A stretch of DNA of 47,931 bases from Candidatus Jacksonbacteria bacterium RIFOXYB2_FULL_44_15 (GTDB taxonomy: Bacteria > Patescibacteriota > Patescibacteriia > UBA9629), in the NCBI GenBank assembly GCA_001818235.1, contig MHJY01000025.1, positions 1 through 47,931 of the forward strand, in the 5' to 3' direction. Within the stretch, counting starts at the first letter, position 1; each line of letters begins with the position of its first letter. The position numbers were made by a program, and so were the translations under genes. Below, piece by piece: positions 15,878-26,059 of this stretch. Under the pieces are notes generated by a model. It was not told where the DNA came from, searched no databases, and saw only the letters and a list, made by a program, of their open reading frames with translations.

Positions 15878-16456
15878 TTAAAGATTAGTTTCTTTTTTAA
15901 TAATTTCCGCCACCGCGGCAATCGTTTCGTCCAAACGGCCTTCGTAATTAACTACCGTATAATCATAATTTTTGGCTTCGCCTAGTTCCCGTTTAGCGTC
16001 AGCAAGCCGCGCTTTAATCTCTGACGCGCCAAACCCGGCTTCGTGCATTCGCTTCTCTACGTGATCAAAAGAATCAGGTTTAATAAATATTTTTACCAAA
16101 TCATCGCGTAATCGCGATAAGCGCTTGGCGCCTTGCACGTCAATATTCATGATTACGTTTTTATTTCGAGCGCAAATTCGGTCAAATTCTTCGATCGGCG
16201 TGCCGAAATACTTGCCGCCGCGCAAAATAGCCCATTCTAAAAAGTAACCCTCATCAATTTTATTTTTAAATTCCTCGGGGGTTAAAAAATAATAATGCTT
16301 CCCCTCCACTTCGTCGTTGCGCCGCGGGCGCGAAGTCGCCGTTACTACTTTGGCTAAATTCAGACTTCGTTTACGCAAGAGCCCGCTTGTAATTGCGTCC
16401 TTGCCGGCGCGTGAAGGGCCGGAGATTACAAATACTTTTGGCTGTCTTTTGGACAT
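15878..16456 (-). CDS. gmk: guanylate kinase
   Basis: P-loop VISGPSRAGKDA and guanylate-kinase core (TSRPRRNDEVEGKHYYF, GTP). Confidence 0.9.
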   Translation of the reverse strand: MSKRQPKVFVISGPSRAGKDAITSGLLRKRSLNLAKVVTATSRPRRNDEVEGKHYYFLTPEEFKNKIDEGYFLEWAILRGGKYFGTPIEEFDRICARNKNVIMNIDVQGAKRLSRLRDDLVKIFIKPDSFDHVEKRMHEAGFGASEIKARLADAKRELGEAKNYDYTVVNYEGRLDETIAAVAEIIKKETNL

Positions 16457-16488
16457 AATTGATTAACCTCTTGACGCCACTTTAACAA

Positions 16489-17220
16489 CTAACCGGACAA
16501 AGTTTTAAGAAAATCTGTAAGCTCAGCCGGTAAATCAGCTTGATACTGGCGCCACTTTGACGTACAGTCAAAAAAGCCGATAGTGCTGGCGTGTAGGAAC
16601 ACTCTATCAAATTTTATAAATTTAGTAAAGGCTGTCCGATTGATATACCGCGGATGGCAATATTTGCGATCTCCCACTACCGAATGCCCGTAAAAAGATA
16701 AGTGCGCCCTAATCTGATGGGTTCGGCCGGTATTAATCCGGACTTTTAGTAAAGTATAATGCTGAAAAAGCTGAAAAACCTCAAAAAAAGTAACCGCGGT
16801 TTTGATCCTGGTGGCTTCGTTTTCCGAGCCGCGGGGCATTACTTTGGTCTTAACTTTTCCTTTTTGGATGGGCAAGCTTATCTCGCCCTCAGAGCGTTTA
16901 ATTGGATCGTAAACTAAAGCCAGATACTCTTTTAAGACTTTTCGATCGACAAATTGCTGTTTTAGCCAGTTAAACATCTCCCCGGTTCGCGCAATCACCA
17001 TCACTCCGGAAACTGCTCGGTCCAATCGATGGACAATGCCTGGCCGTAATTGCGGCTCATCCCCGACCTTCTTAACTTCCGGATAATGTTCGATTAGCCA
17101 ATCGATAAGCGTGACCTCTCCTCCGGCCTGGGTGGGATGGACAAGTAACCCGGCTGGTTTGTTAATAATCAGATATTCAGGTTCTTCGGCAATTACCGAA
17201 ACTGAATTACTTAACGCCAT
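16489..17220 (-). CDS. RluA-family pseudouridine synthase
   Basis: Catalytic motif HRLDRAVSGVMVIA and RTHQIRAHL. Start taken at ATG 17220. Confidence 0.88.
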   Translation of the reverse strand: MALSNSVSVIAEEPEYLIINKPAGLLVHPTQAGGEVTLIDWLIEHYPEVKKVGDEPQLRPGIVHRLDRAVSGVMVIARTGEMFNWLKQQFVDRKVLKEYLALVYDPIKRSEGEISLPIQKGKVKTKVMPRGSENEATRIKTAVTFFEVFQLFQHYTLLKVRINTGRTHQIRAHLSFYGHSVVGDRKYCHPRYINRTAFTKFIKFDRVFLHASTIGFFDCTSKWRQYQADLPAELTDFLKTLSG

Positions 17221-17241
17221 ATCAATCACTTTCTTAAAATA

Positions 17242-17361
17242 AATAACCAATTACCAAGATACAAGTATCCAAACAAATTACAATAATCAATCACTGAATA
17301 ACCAAATTATTTGATTTTTGATTATTTGAAAAATTGGTTATTGTTTGGACACTTGGTTATT
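17242..17361. repeat. AT-rich word-repeat inverted repeat
   Basis: aataaccaattaccaag...tccaaacaa (17242-17276) versus ttggttattgtttggacacttggttatt (17334-17361). Nested aataaccaaatt / aaattggttatt. Confidence 0.6.
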
Positions 17362-17379
17362 GTTTCTTGATTATTATGT

Positions 17380-18615
17380 CTATATCATCCCCCGCACTTT
17401 CATCGCGCCCACAATTCTTTCCAACGCTAAAACAAACGCGGCGGTGCGAAGGTCTGTTTTTAATTTGACGCTAAGGCGCCAAATCTGTTCCCACGATTCT
17501 ACCATCATCGGCTTGAGTTTGGCCAAAACCGCGGCTTCTGTCCAATAGTCATTGGTTAAATTCTGCACCCATTCAAAATAAGAGACTGTCACCCCGCCGG
17601 AATTGGCCAGCACGTCAGGCACGACCAAAATACCGCGATCATTTAAAATTTTATCGGCCGCGAAAGCTATCGGCCCGTTGGCCAGCTCTAAAATTACCGA
17701 GGCCTTAATTTTTTTGGCATTCTCTGAATCAATCACGTTTTCCATGGCCGCCGGCACCAAGACCGTACATTTTTGTTCCAACAATTCCTGACTGCTTAAA
17801 TGCTTGCCGCCTTGATAAGTGCTTAAAGTGCCAGACTGTTCTTTCCAAACCAACACTTTTTCTGGATTCAAACCGCGCTCATCATAAATCGCGCCCTGCG
17901 AATCAGCTAAACCAACGATTTTGTACCCTGCTTCATGCGCCAGCTTGGCAAAATAATAGCCGACATTGCCAAAGCCCTGAACCGCGATAGTCACTTTAGA
18001 CTTGGGCAGTTTCAATTTTTTGACGACTTGTTCCAAAATATAATAACCGCCTTGGCCAGTCGCCGCCGTGCGCCCTAAACTGCCGCCGTATTCCAAAGGC
18101 TTGCCGGTGATCACTCCCAGGTTATTACCGCCTGTTAACTGGCAATACTCATCAGTCATCCAAGCCATTATCTGGGGCGTGGTATTAACGTCCGGCGCTG
18201 GAATATCCTTGTCCGGCCCGATAAAATCACGCATCGCCCGGACATAGCCGCGCGACAATCGTTCCAACTCCGGAATTGATAATTTTTTAGGATCAACGAC
18301 GATTCCCCCTTTGGCTCCGCCCATCGGAATCCCGATAACCGCAGTTTTTATAGTCATCCAAAAGGCCAGCGCCTTGACTTCGTCTAAATCAACCGCCGGA
18401 TGAAACCGCAAACCGCCCTTAAACGGGCCGCGGGCATCATTATGCTGGACACGATACCCAAAATAATAGCGAATCTGGCCATCATCGCCTAAAAGTGGAA
18501 TCTTAACTTCGATTGTCCGCATCGGACCGCCGACCGCCGTCTCTACCGACGGCGCTAATTTGGCCAATTTGGCAGCCTTAGCTAACTGTGCCAACGCGTT
18601 TTGTAAAGGATTCAT
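17380..18615 (-). CDS. gdh: Glu/Leu/Phe/Val-family dehydrogenase (glutamate dehydrogenase)
   Basis: Catalytic-lysine motif IPMGGAKGGIVVDP and Rossmann motif VQGFGNVG. Confidence 0.92.
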   Translation of the reverse strand: MNPLQNALAQLAKAAKLAKLAPSVETAVGGPMRTIEVKIPLLGDDGQIRYYFGYRVQHNDARGPFKGGLRFHPAVDLDEVKALAFWMTIKTAVIGIPMGGAKGGIVVDPKKLSIPELERLSRGYVRAMRDFIGPDKDIPAPDVNTTPQIMAWMTDEYCQLTGGNNLGVITGKPLEYGGSLGRTAATGQGGYYILEQVVKKLKLPKSKVTIAVQGFGNVGYYFAKLAHEAGYKIVGLADSQGAIYDERGLNPEKVLVWKEQSGTLSTYQGGKHLSSQELLEQKCTVLVPAAMENVIDSENAKKIKASVILELANGPIAFAADKILNDRGILVVPDVLANSGGVTVSYFEWVQNLTNDYWTEAAVLAKLKPMMVESWEQIWRLSVKLKTDLRTAAFVLALERIVGAMKVRGMI

Positions 18616-18623
18616 AAAATCGG

Positions 18624-18953
18624 TTATTTAATATATTTATCTAATTTATCAAGCAAATTATCCTTACTCTGTAAGCCTGATAGGCGCTCCCGCTCTTCTC
18701 CTTTATTAAATAAAATTATGGTCGGGATAGAAACAATGCCGAAATTTTGAGCGACAGAAGCCGCTTCGTCGATATTCAATTTGGCAATTTTAGCTTTATC
18801 GTCTCCCAGCTCGGCGGCCAAAGCTTCTATTATCGGACCCTGCATCCGACAAGGGCCACACCATGTAGCCCAAAAATCAACCAAAACCGGCACCTTTGAT
18901 TGCAGGACTTCTTTATCAAAATCAACCGCCTTTAATTCGATGACTTGCGCCAT
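18624..18953 (-). CDS. trxA: thioredoxin
   Basis: WATWCGPC active site; 109 aa. Confidence 0.93.
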   Translation of the reverse strand: MAQVIELKAVDFDKEVLQSKVPVLVDFWATWCGPCRMQGPIIEALAAELGDDKAKIAKLNIDEAASVAQNFGIVSIPTIILFNKGEERERLSGLQSKDNLLDKLDKYIK

Positions 18954-19048
18954 GGTTTAATAAAATTGTTAAATCATTATCCGTAACAATTTAACAATTA
19001 CTTATTCAATTCCATATCATCATAAAGCAAAAGAAACCGAGCGTCAAT

Positions 19049-19077
19049 TTGACGCTTTATGCCAAATATGCTATGTT
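19049..19077 (+). promoter_or_regulatory. candidate sigma-70-type promoter for secG
   Basis: TTGACG (19049-19054), 17-nt spacer, TATGTT (19072-19077). It overlaps the palindrome agcgtca-att-tgacgct (19040-19056). Confidence 0.35.
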
Positions 19078-19110
19078 GAGCTTTAAGGTATGTTATTAGT
19101 CACTTAATTT

Positions 19111-19326
19111 ATGCTTAATTGGATACAACTTATTTTAACCATTCCGCTGGTGGCCGCAATCTTATTGCAAGCCAAAGGAGCCGGGCTGTCCGAAGTTTTT
19201 GGCGGTGATGGAAATATCTTCCGCACGCGGCGCGGGGCGGAAAAAACATTATTTACTTTTACTATCGTGATCTCAATTATGTTCTTTAGCGTAGCTCTCC
19301 TCAACGTTATTACTGGTGGAAAATAA
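19111..19326 (+). CDS. secG: preprotein translocase subunit SecG
   Basis: 71 aa with 2 TM segments. LLQAKGAGLSEVFGG motif. Confidence 0.85.
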   Translation: MLNWIQLILTIPLVAAILLQAKGAGLSEVFGGDGNIFRTRRGAEKTLFTFTIVISIMFFSVALLNVITGGK

Positions 19327-21289
19327 AGCTCCAGAGAGACGAAGCGCATTGTCTTCGACTCTAAAATTTAATATACCTCGATTTAAACGCCCAGAATCTT
19401 TTTCTGAAGAAAAGAAATTTTTGCATTTGAATTTTTGGCATAGTTTAAAAAAGCTTAAACTTTTGCCGCGCATTTTAACGCCTAAAGAGACCAGCGCGAT
19501 CCGACTGTTGATTTTCGTGATTATGCTTGCCACGGTCGTCTTGGTCGCCCATTGGTATATTGTAAACTCAAAAATCCTGCCAGATGAAGGCGGTGATTAT
19601 ATCGAAGGAGTTGTCGGCGCCCCTAATTTAATCAATCCCATCCTCGCGCAAACCAACGAGGTTGATCAGGATATTGCCCGCTTATTATTTAATGGACTTT
19701 TTAAATTGGAAGACGGCAAACTCTTACCGGACTTGGTTGAATCTTATTCAATCACTCCCAATCAGCTAGAGTACACTTTTAAATTAAAATCCGGGGTCAG
19801 TTGGCACGACGGCGAGCCATTTACCGCGGGTGACGTGGTCTTTACTTTAGAAAGTATTCAAAATCCGGAATTTAAAAGTCCTTTATACACCAGTTTAGCC
19901 GGCGTCAATGTCAAACAAATTGACGATAATAACCTTACGATTACGCTCCCCCAGCCTTTTGCTCCATTTCTTTCGCTCTTAACTTTCGGCATTTTACCCG
20001 AACACATTTGGGCTGATATTCCACCGACCACCGCGCATCTGGCTAATGTTAACCTTAAATCGCCCGTCGGCACCGGACCTTTTAAAATAAAAAGCTTAAA
20101 AAAAGACAGCCGCGGAGTTATAAAAAGTTACACCTTAACGCGAAACGACAAATTTTACAGCCATACCCCTTACTTAAACAGCGTCACCTTTAAATTCTAC
20201 ACCGATGCCGGCAGTCTGGTGAGCGCTTTAAACAATAAAAATATCGACGGCATCCACTATTTGCCGCAAAAATACCAAGCCGAAATCACCAATAAAAATG
20301 TCACCATTAAATCTTTGTCCTTACCTCAATATTCGGCAATTTTTTTTAACCCCACCAAAAATTCTAACCTTAATGTTTTGGAAATTCGCCAAGCCTTAGC
20401 GATGGCCGTAAATCGGACAGAATTGGTACAGCAAGCTCTGCACGATCAAGGTTCAGTAATCTATGGGCCGATTCTGCCCGGGTTTATCGGTTACTCGCCG
20501 GATATAAAAAAATACGACTATCAACCGCAAGAAACGCAAGCGATTCTAATAAAAGCCGGCTGGAAAAAAATCAGCGCCGATGATTATCAAAATCTCCTCG
20601 CCACCGCCCCCACCAACACGCCCGCTGGCATAACAACCGCGACCGGGACCGCAATAACAACGGTAACGCCAACTGCGTCCCCGCCGCCACAACCAGCACC
20701 ATCTGTCGGGACACAGGAATACTTCTGGCAAAAAGATCAGAATATTTTATCAATCACGCTGACCACCGTCGACAATCCCGAAACCGCCGCCGCCGCTACT
20801 TTGATCAAAAAACAATGGGAAAATATCGGCGTAAAAGTAAATCTTAATATTGTCGATAAAGACCGACTGATACCGGATATCATCAAACCGCGGCAATACG
20901 AGGCTTTGCTTTTTGGCCAAATTGTCGGCTACGATCCGGATCCGTACGCTTTTTGGCATTCCTCGCAAATTAATTATCCCGGAGTTAACCTGGCCATGTA
21001 TAGTAATAAAAAAATCGACGGCTTACTGGAAGAAGCCAGGAAAATTTCCGACGTTGCCGTCCGCACCCAAAAATACCGTGAATTTCAGCAAACCATTAAT
21101 AATGAGTTGCCGGCAATTTTTCTCTATAATCCAACCTATCCATACGTTCTCAGCAAGCAAATCAAAGGCTTTACCGTCGAACGCATCGCCGCGCCAGCCG
21201 ATCGCTTTAATACCATCGCCGACTGGTACATTAAAACCAAACGGCAACTGAATTTTGCGACAACTAATTCGACAAAAACTCCTCTCTGA
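19316..21289 (+). CDS. ABC-transporter family-5 (peptide/nickel, OppA/DppA-like) substrate-binding protein, membrane-anchored
   Basis: N-terminal TM anchor followed by SBP_bac_5-like sequence. GTG start overlaps the secG stop. Thr/Pro/Ala-rich insertion at aa ~425-465. Confidence 0.8.
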   Translation: MENKAPERRSALSSTLKFNIPRFKRPESFSEEKKFLHLNFWHSLKKLKLLPRILTPKETSAIRLLIFVIMLATVVLVAHWYIVNSKILPDEGGDYIEGVVGAPNLINPILAQTNEVDQDIARLLFNGLFKLEDGKLLPDLVESYSITPNQLEYTFKLKSGVSWHDGEPFTAGDVVFTLESIQNPEFKSPLYTSLAGVNVKQIDDNNLTITLPQPFAPFLSLLTFGILPEHIWADIPPTTAHLANVNLKSPVGTGPFKIKSLKKDSRGVIKSYTLTRNDKFYSHTPYLNSVTFKFYTDAGSLVSALNNKNIDGIHYLPQKYQAEITNKNVTIKSLSLPQYSAIFFNPTKNSNLNVLEIRQALAMAVNRTELVQQALHDQGSVIYGPILPGFIGYSPDIKKYDYQPQETQAILIKAGWKKISADDYQNLLATAPTNTPAGITTATGTAITTVTPTASPPPQPAPSVGTQEYFWQKDQNILSITLTTVDNPETAAAATLIKKQWENIGVKVNLNIVDKDRLIPDIIKPRQYEALLFGQIVGYDPDPYAFWHSSQINYPGVNLAMYSNKKIDGLLEEARKISDVAVRTQKYREFQQTINNELPAIFLYNPTYPYVLSKQIKGFTVERIAAPADRFNTIADWYIKTKRQLNFATTNSTKTPL

Positions 21290-21348
21290 CAATCTGATTC
21301 TCTAACGATCATTCTGACGACAAAATAGTTCGTCAATTTGATTAATTT

Positions 21349-21435
21349 GCCGCGGTGGCGGAACTGGCAGACGCGCATGGTTCAGGGCCATGTAGGGTCA
21401 CCCCTGTGAGAGTTCAAATCTCTCCCGCGGCACCA
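21349..21435 (+). tRNA. tRNA-Leu (anticodon CAG), CCA encoded
   Basis: Acceptor GCCGCGG/CCGCGGC, anticodon stem CATGG/CCATG, loop TTCAGGG, long variable arm, T-arm GAGAG-TTCAAAT-CTCTC. Confidence 0.9.
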
Positions 21436-21465
21436 TAATTAACTTTGAACTTTTAACTTATCTCT

Positions 21466-23229
21466 ATGTCCTCCCCAACACAACTAAATAAAATAATCGC
21501 CCCCAGAGAAATCAAAAAACTTAAAATCATCCCCTTGTCCGGCATGGAAGAAGTGGGAAAAAACTGCGTGGCCATCGAATACGGCAATGACATCGTGGTT
21601 ATCGACATGGGACTGATGTTTCCCAACGAAGAAATGCCCGGCGTTGATTACGTTGTTCCGGATATCGCTTATCTGGAAAAAAACAAGAAGAAAATCCGCG
21701 GTATTGTTATCACCCACGGCCATTTGGACCACACCGGCGCGATCCCCTATCTGATTAAAAATTTGGCCAACCCCACCATCTATACCCTGCCGCTGACCGC
21801 CGAAATGATTAAGGACCGGCTGGCTGAATTTAAAATGGAGAAAAAAGTTTTTATCAAAGTGGTCGGCCCGGATAATCAAATTAATTTGGGCGCTTTTGAT
21901 ATTTCCTTTTTCCGCGTCAATCACAATATCCCGGACTCTGTCGGCGTGGGAATCAGAACACCGCTTGGAATTATTGTCCATACCGGCGATTTTAAATTTG
22001 ATCATACGCCAGTCGACCAAGAACCGACCGAGTTTCATAAAATTGCCAAGCTGGGCGGCGAAGGCGTGCTGGCGCTCTTATCCGATTCCACCAATTCCGA
22101 ATATCCTGGCTTCGCCATTTCGGAAAAAAAGATCGGTGAAAACCTCGACGAACTGTTCGCTCAGGCCAAGGGGCGCATTATTATCAGCACTTTTGCCTCG
22201 CTAATATCACGGCTCCAGCAAATTATCAACGCTTCTATGGCCCATGGCCGAAAAGTCGCCATTTCCGGTTACTCCCTGGAAAAAAATCTGGAGATTGCCA
22301 TTCGGATGGGCTATATGCGCTTTCCCCGGGAAGCTTTCGTCGCCGCTAAACGCCTGAGCGATTACCCGGACAACAAGCTGACGGTCGTCTGTACCGGCGC
22401 GCAAGGCCAAGAAACCTCGGCCTTAGGCCGAATTTCCAAAGGCGAACATCGCGATGTCCAGATCAAAAAAGGCGACTTGGTGGTATTGTCGTCGTCCCCG
22501 ATCCCCGGCAACGAGCGCTCAATCCAAAACTTGATGAACTCGCTTTTTCGATTAGGCGCGCGCGTCGTCTACAATAAAATTTTAGGCGTGCACGTTTCCG
22601 GCCATGCTTGCCAAGAAGAACAAAAAATCATGCTGTCCTTAACTAAACCGCGCTACTTTATTCCGGTCCACGGCGAACGCTATATGTTGGAAATGCACGC
22701 TCAAACCGCCCAAACTCTCGGCCTGCCCGAAGAAAATATTCTAGTGATGGGCAACGGCCAAATCGCCGAGTTTGTTAAAGATCCAACTGCTCCGGTTGCC
22801 AATCTCGCCCGCTTTACTAATCATAAAATTCCCATCCGCGGCCGAGTCAGCACGCAAAAAATTACCACCAATTATGTAATGGTCGACGGACTGGGCATCG
22901 GCGATGTCGGCAATATCGTCCTGCGCGACCGACAATTAATGAGCCAGGACGGCATGTTTGTGATAATCGTCACCGTGGATAACGAAACGCTGGAATTAGT
23001 CGGCTCGCCAGACATAATCTCGCGTGGATTTGTTTATTTGCGCGAAGCCAAGGGGCTCTTGCAGGAAACCAGGCTGAAAGTCAAAGATATCGTGAAAGCC
23101 CATACCTCGGTCGGGCATATCGAAAATTGGTCATCACTTAAGGATACTCTGCGCGACGAAATTGGCGCCTACCTGTTCAAAAAAACCGAACGCCGGCCAA
23201 TGGTTTTGCCGGTGGTGATAGAAGTATAG
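21466..23229 (+). CDS. rnj: ribonuclease J
   Basis: Metallo-beta-lactamase motif ITHGHLDHTG, beta-CASP region and RNase J C-terminal domain. Confidence 0.92.
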   Translation: MSSPTQLNKIIAPREIKKLKIIPLSGMEEVGKNCVAIEYGNDIVVIDMGLMFPNEEMPGVDYVVPDIAYLEKNKKKIRGIVITHGHLDHTGAIPYLIKNLANPTIYTLPLTAEMIKDRLAEFKMEKKVFIKVVGPDNQINLGAFDISFFRVNHNIPDSVGVGIRTPLGIIVHTGDFKFDHTPVDQEPTEFHKIAKLGGEGVLALLSDSTNSEYPGFAISEKKIGENLDELFAQAKGRIIISTFASLISRLQQIINASMAHGRKVAISGYSLEKNLEIAIRMGYMRFPREAFVAAKRLSDYPDNKLTVVCTGAQGQETSALGRISKGEHRDVQIKKGDLVVLSSSPIPGNERSIQNLMNSLFRLGARVVYNKILGVHVSGHACQEEQKIMLSLTKPRYFIPVHGERYMLEMHAQTAQTLGLPEENILVMGNGQIAEFVKDPTAPVANLARFTNHKIPIRGRVSTQKITTNYVMVDGLGIGDVGNIVLRDRQLMSQDGMFVIIVTVDNETLELVGSPDIISRGFVYLREAKGLLQETRLKVKDIVKAHTSVGHIENWSSLKDTLRDEIGAYLFKKTERRPMVLPVVIEV

Positions 23230-23232
23230 CCG

Positions 23233-23350
23233 CAATTTCAAAATTCAAATGACAAATGTCAAATCAATGTCAAATGTTAAAATTTATTTTTAATTGATAA
23301 TTTGAAATTTGGATTTGGTTTGAAATTTGGACTTTGACATTTAGATTTTA
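23233..23350. repeat. AT-rich word-repeat inverted repeat
   Basis: The left half is rich in tcaaatg/caaatgtcaaat words and the right half in their complements (tttgacattt, atttgaaattt). The arms are ~50 nt and imperfect. Confidence 0.6.
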
Positions 23351-23362
23351 AAACTAAACTCT

Positions 23363-24346
23363 ATGATTCATACTATTCTTTCCGGCATGCGCCCGAGCGG
23401 CGATCTGCATATCGGCAATTATCTGGGCGCTTTAAAAAATTGGGTCGCCCTGCAAAATTCCGGGCAATACCGCTCGTACTTTATGATCGCCGACTTGCAC
23501 GCCATGAGCGAAAAATTTGATCCGCGCAAACTTCCTGAGCGCGTCAAAAGCCTGGCCATTGATTATCTGGCCTGCGGTTTGGACCCGGACAAATCAACAA
23601 TTTTTATCCAATCACACATCTGGGAACAACCTTACCTCAACTGGATTTTTGCGACATTGATCCCGATTGCCGAACTTGAGCGGATGCATCAATTTAAAGA
23701 AAAGGCCTCCGAATACCAACACATCAACGCCGGGCTTTTTACTTATCCAATCTTGCAAGCGGCTGATATTTTAATCTACAAAGCTGATACCGTACCGGTC
23801 GGCGAAGACCAGGTCCAGCACGTGGAGCTGACCCGGGTAATCGCGAAAAAATTTAACAATGCTTTTGGAATGACTTTTCCTGAACCCCAAGCTCTGCTCA
23901 CACCCACGCCGCGAGTAATGAGCCTAACCGAACCGGCATCAAAAATGAGCAAAAGTAAAGGCGAAAAAAACTACATCGCTTTATCCGACGAACCGGAAAC
24001 AATCAGAAAAAAAATCCGGTCAGCGGTAACCGATACCCAAATTAAAGGTGAAATGAGCCCAGGAGTAAAAAATCTCTTTACGCTTTTGGAGGCCTTTACG
24101 AGCAACCGGAAAATTTATACTGATTTACTTACCAGTTGCACCGCCGGAACGCTCAAATATCAGGATCTAAAAGAAACGCTCGCCGAGGAAATAATTAAAA
24201 CTCTCGCGCCGATTCAAGAAAAACGGGCTAACTTAGAAGCGCACCCGGAACAATTAGCCGAAATTTTAGCCGCCGGCACAGAAGCGGCCCGAAAAGTAGC
24301 CTCTGCCACATTCCAGGAAGTCCGGGCCAAAACCGGGCTCCAATAA
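23363..24346 (+). CDS. trpS: tryptophan--tRNA ligase
   Basis: HIGNYLG (HIGH) and KMSKS motifs; 327 aa. Confidence 0.95.
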   Translation: MIHTILSGMRPSGDLHIGNYLGALKNWVALQNSGQYRSYFMIADLHAMSEKFDPRKLPERVKSLAIDYLACGLDPDKSTIFIQSHIWEQPYLNWIFATLIPIAELERMHQFKEKASEYQHINAGLFTYPILQAADILIYKADTVPVGEDQVQHVELTRVIAKKFNNAFGMTFPEPQALLTPTPRVMSLTEPASKMSKSKGEKNYIALSDEPETIRKKIRSAVTDTQIKGEMSPGVKNLFTLLEAFTSNRKIYTDLLTSCTAGTLKYQDLKETLAEEIIKTLAPIQEKRANLEAHPEQLAEILAAGTEAARKVASATFQEVRAKTGLQ

Positions 24347-24359
24347 TAATACATGCGCC

Positions 24360-25004
24360 ATGCTCAAAATCGCCCACCGCGGAGCCAATCGCTTGGCCCC
24401 GGAAAATACGCTGGAAGCGTTTCAACTGGCAATTGAATTAGGCGCTGACATGATAGAATTGGACGTCCGGCTATCCCATGACCAGCAAATCATGGTTATC
24501 CATGATGATAAAATATCGGATTTATCCCGCTCCCAAATCAACCAAACCAGCTGGGGTCACGCTATTCCGACCCTCGAACAGACGCTAACTTTAATCAAAA
24601 ACCAAGCTAAAATTGACATCGAACTTAAAGAGTCCCATACGCTGGAACCAACAGTGGCTCTGGTTAAAGGACTTAAAATGATTTCGCAGGTTATCCTAAC
24701 ATCGTTTGATCGGCCAACAGTTATCCGTCTTAAACAAAAATACCCTGCTTTCAAAGCCGGATTGATCATCGCCAAACTGCAAAATGATGAACTCCCCAAC
24801 CTCCTCGCGCAGGCGCTGGAATATGATATTGATGCCTTGGTATTGCATCACCGCTTAATTACCGCTGATTTAGTCCTGCAGGTAAAATCGGCCAATTGCC
24901 AAATTTACGCCTGGACGGTTAACGACAAAAAAGAATTGGCACGCTTGGCTACTCTGGGCATCAATGGCTTGGCAACTGATGATTTAACGATATTTAATCA
25001 ATAA
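24360..25004 (+). CDS. glycerophosphodiester phosphodiesterase
   Basis: AHRGA..APENTLEAF...GADMIELDV motif. Confidence 0.88.
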   Translation: MLKIAHRGANRLAPENTLEAFQLAIELGADMIELDVRLSHDQQIMVIHDDKISDLSRSQINQTSWGHAIPTLEQTLTLIKNQAKIDIELKESHTLEPTVALVKGLKMISQVILTSFDRPTVIRLKQKYPAFKAGLIIAKLQNDELPNLLAQALEYDIDALVLHHRLITADLVLQVKSANCQIYAWTVNDKKELARLATLGINGLATDDLTIFNQ

Positions 25005-25027
25005 CAATAATTATTGAAAATAATTCT

Positions 25028-25438
25028 ATGGCTTCCGAACTAAAACTCCAAGATATTAAAAAATTAATTTACACTGAGTTGCGCGAATGTCACCGCTACG
25101 TTGATGAGCCGGCGGCCGAGCAAATCGCCCGGCACATCGAAAAAGAAATAACGGCCTACATCGCGGAAACCGTAAAAAATTTGTGGGACAAACTGCAAGA
25201 ATGGAACCGCCATATCGAAGAACAGCAAATTAAACCAGTGCGCGAGGACATGATATACCTCAAAGAACACTGCGTCGACAAAGAATATTTTACCAAAACA
25301 ATCACCGAACTCCAGTTGAACCTGACGCAAATGGTAAACGAAATGCGCGGCATGGTATTAAAAGACACAAACGAAAAAACCGGTTTGGACAAACCGATTT
25401 CCGGAATGCAAGGGCCGACTGCCCCGACGGTTTTTTAA
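25028..25438 (+). CDS. hypothetical protein (helical / coiled-coil-like)
   Basis: 136-aa ORF followed by a clean terminator. No motif recognised. Confidence 0.5.
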   Translation: MASELKLQDIKKLIYTELRECHRYVDEPAAEQIARHIEKEITAYIAETVKNLWDKLQEWNRHIEEQQIKPVREDMIYLKEHCVDKEYFTKTITELQLNLTQMVNEMRGMVLKDTNEKTGLDKPISGMQGPTAPTVF

Positions 25439-25465
25439 AATCAACCGCTAAATTGACCAACATAA

Positions 25466-25490
25466 AACGGCTAAACCAGCCGTTTTTTTT
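25466..25490 (+). terminator. intrinsic terminator
   Basis: Stem aacggct/agccgtt with loop aaacc, followed by a T8 run. Confidence 0.75.
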
Positions 25491-25507
25491 AAATTTAATT
25501 GATGATT

Positions 25508-26038
25508 TTAACCCCGCGAATAATTGCCGGTTAAAGTCGCTTGCTCCACAATATGCCCGACCATCGCCGCTTCCAGACCGGCTTGCTTAGTTCGCGCGGG
25601 TAAATCAAGCTCTGCGTCAAGCGCGTACAATTTAAATTGATACCGATGAGTACCGCTTGGCGGGCACGGGCCGCCCCAATCTGCTCGGCCAAAATCAGTC
25701 GTACCTTGAACCGCGCCAGTTGGCACACTCCCCTCTGCTATTTTTGTCGTCTCTGGCGAAATATTCCAGACTAACCAGTGCGTCCACAAGCCGCCTGGGG
25801 CATCAGGATCATCAACTATCAAAACTAGACTTTTGACAGCTGTCGGCACATTGCTGATTGCCAGCGGCGGATTGATGTCTGCGCCATCACAAGTATACAG
25901 CTTTGGGATCAGTTCTTGGTCTTTGAAAACACTGCTGGTTAAAGTAAATTTTGACATAGAATTAATTACCGGCGCCGGCTGACAGCCCGATAATATTAAA
26001 ATTGTTGCCAATAAAACTATAAAATGGGCACGAGACAT
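25508..26038 (-). CDS. YbhB/YbcL-family PEBP (Raf-kinase-inhibitor-like) lipoprotein
   Basis: DDPDAPGG..W.HW and GPCPP.G.HRY motifs. Start taken at ATG 26038, which gives a signal peptide with an LSGC lipobox. Confidence 0.88.
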   Translation of the reverse strand: MSRAHFIVLLATILILSGCQPAPVINSMSKFTLTSSVFKDQELIPKLYTCDGADINPPLAISNVPTAVKSLVLIVDDPDAPGGLWTHWLVWNISPETTKIAEGSVPTGAVQGTTDFGRADWGGPCPPSGTHRYQFKLYALDAELDLPARTKQAGLEAAMVGHIVEQATLTGNYSRG

Positions 26039-26059
26039 AGAACGATAATTAACAATTCT

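Noticed and set aside
21484-22038. 184-aa antisense ORF inside rnj, and similar long shadow ORFs (36777-37349 in the pgk paralogue, 27811-28122 and 28318-28674 in the membrane protein gene, 4636-4947 in glyA, 1288-1662 in elp3)
   Set aside because: Each lies fully inside a confidently identified gene on the opposite strand, and their compositions are typical of antisense frames.
23233-23350. AT-rich repeated words (also at 26060-26180 and 46545-46633) as a possible CRISPR array
   Set aside because: There are no regularly spaced identical repeats of 24-40 nt with unique spacers. The structures are inverted repeats made of 6-8-nt words, and no cas genes are nearby.
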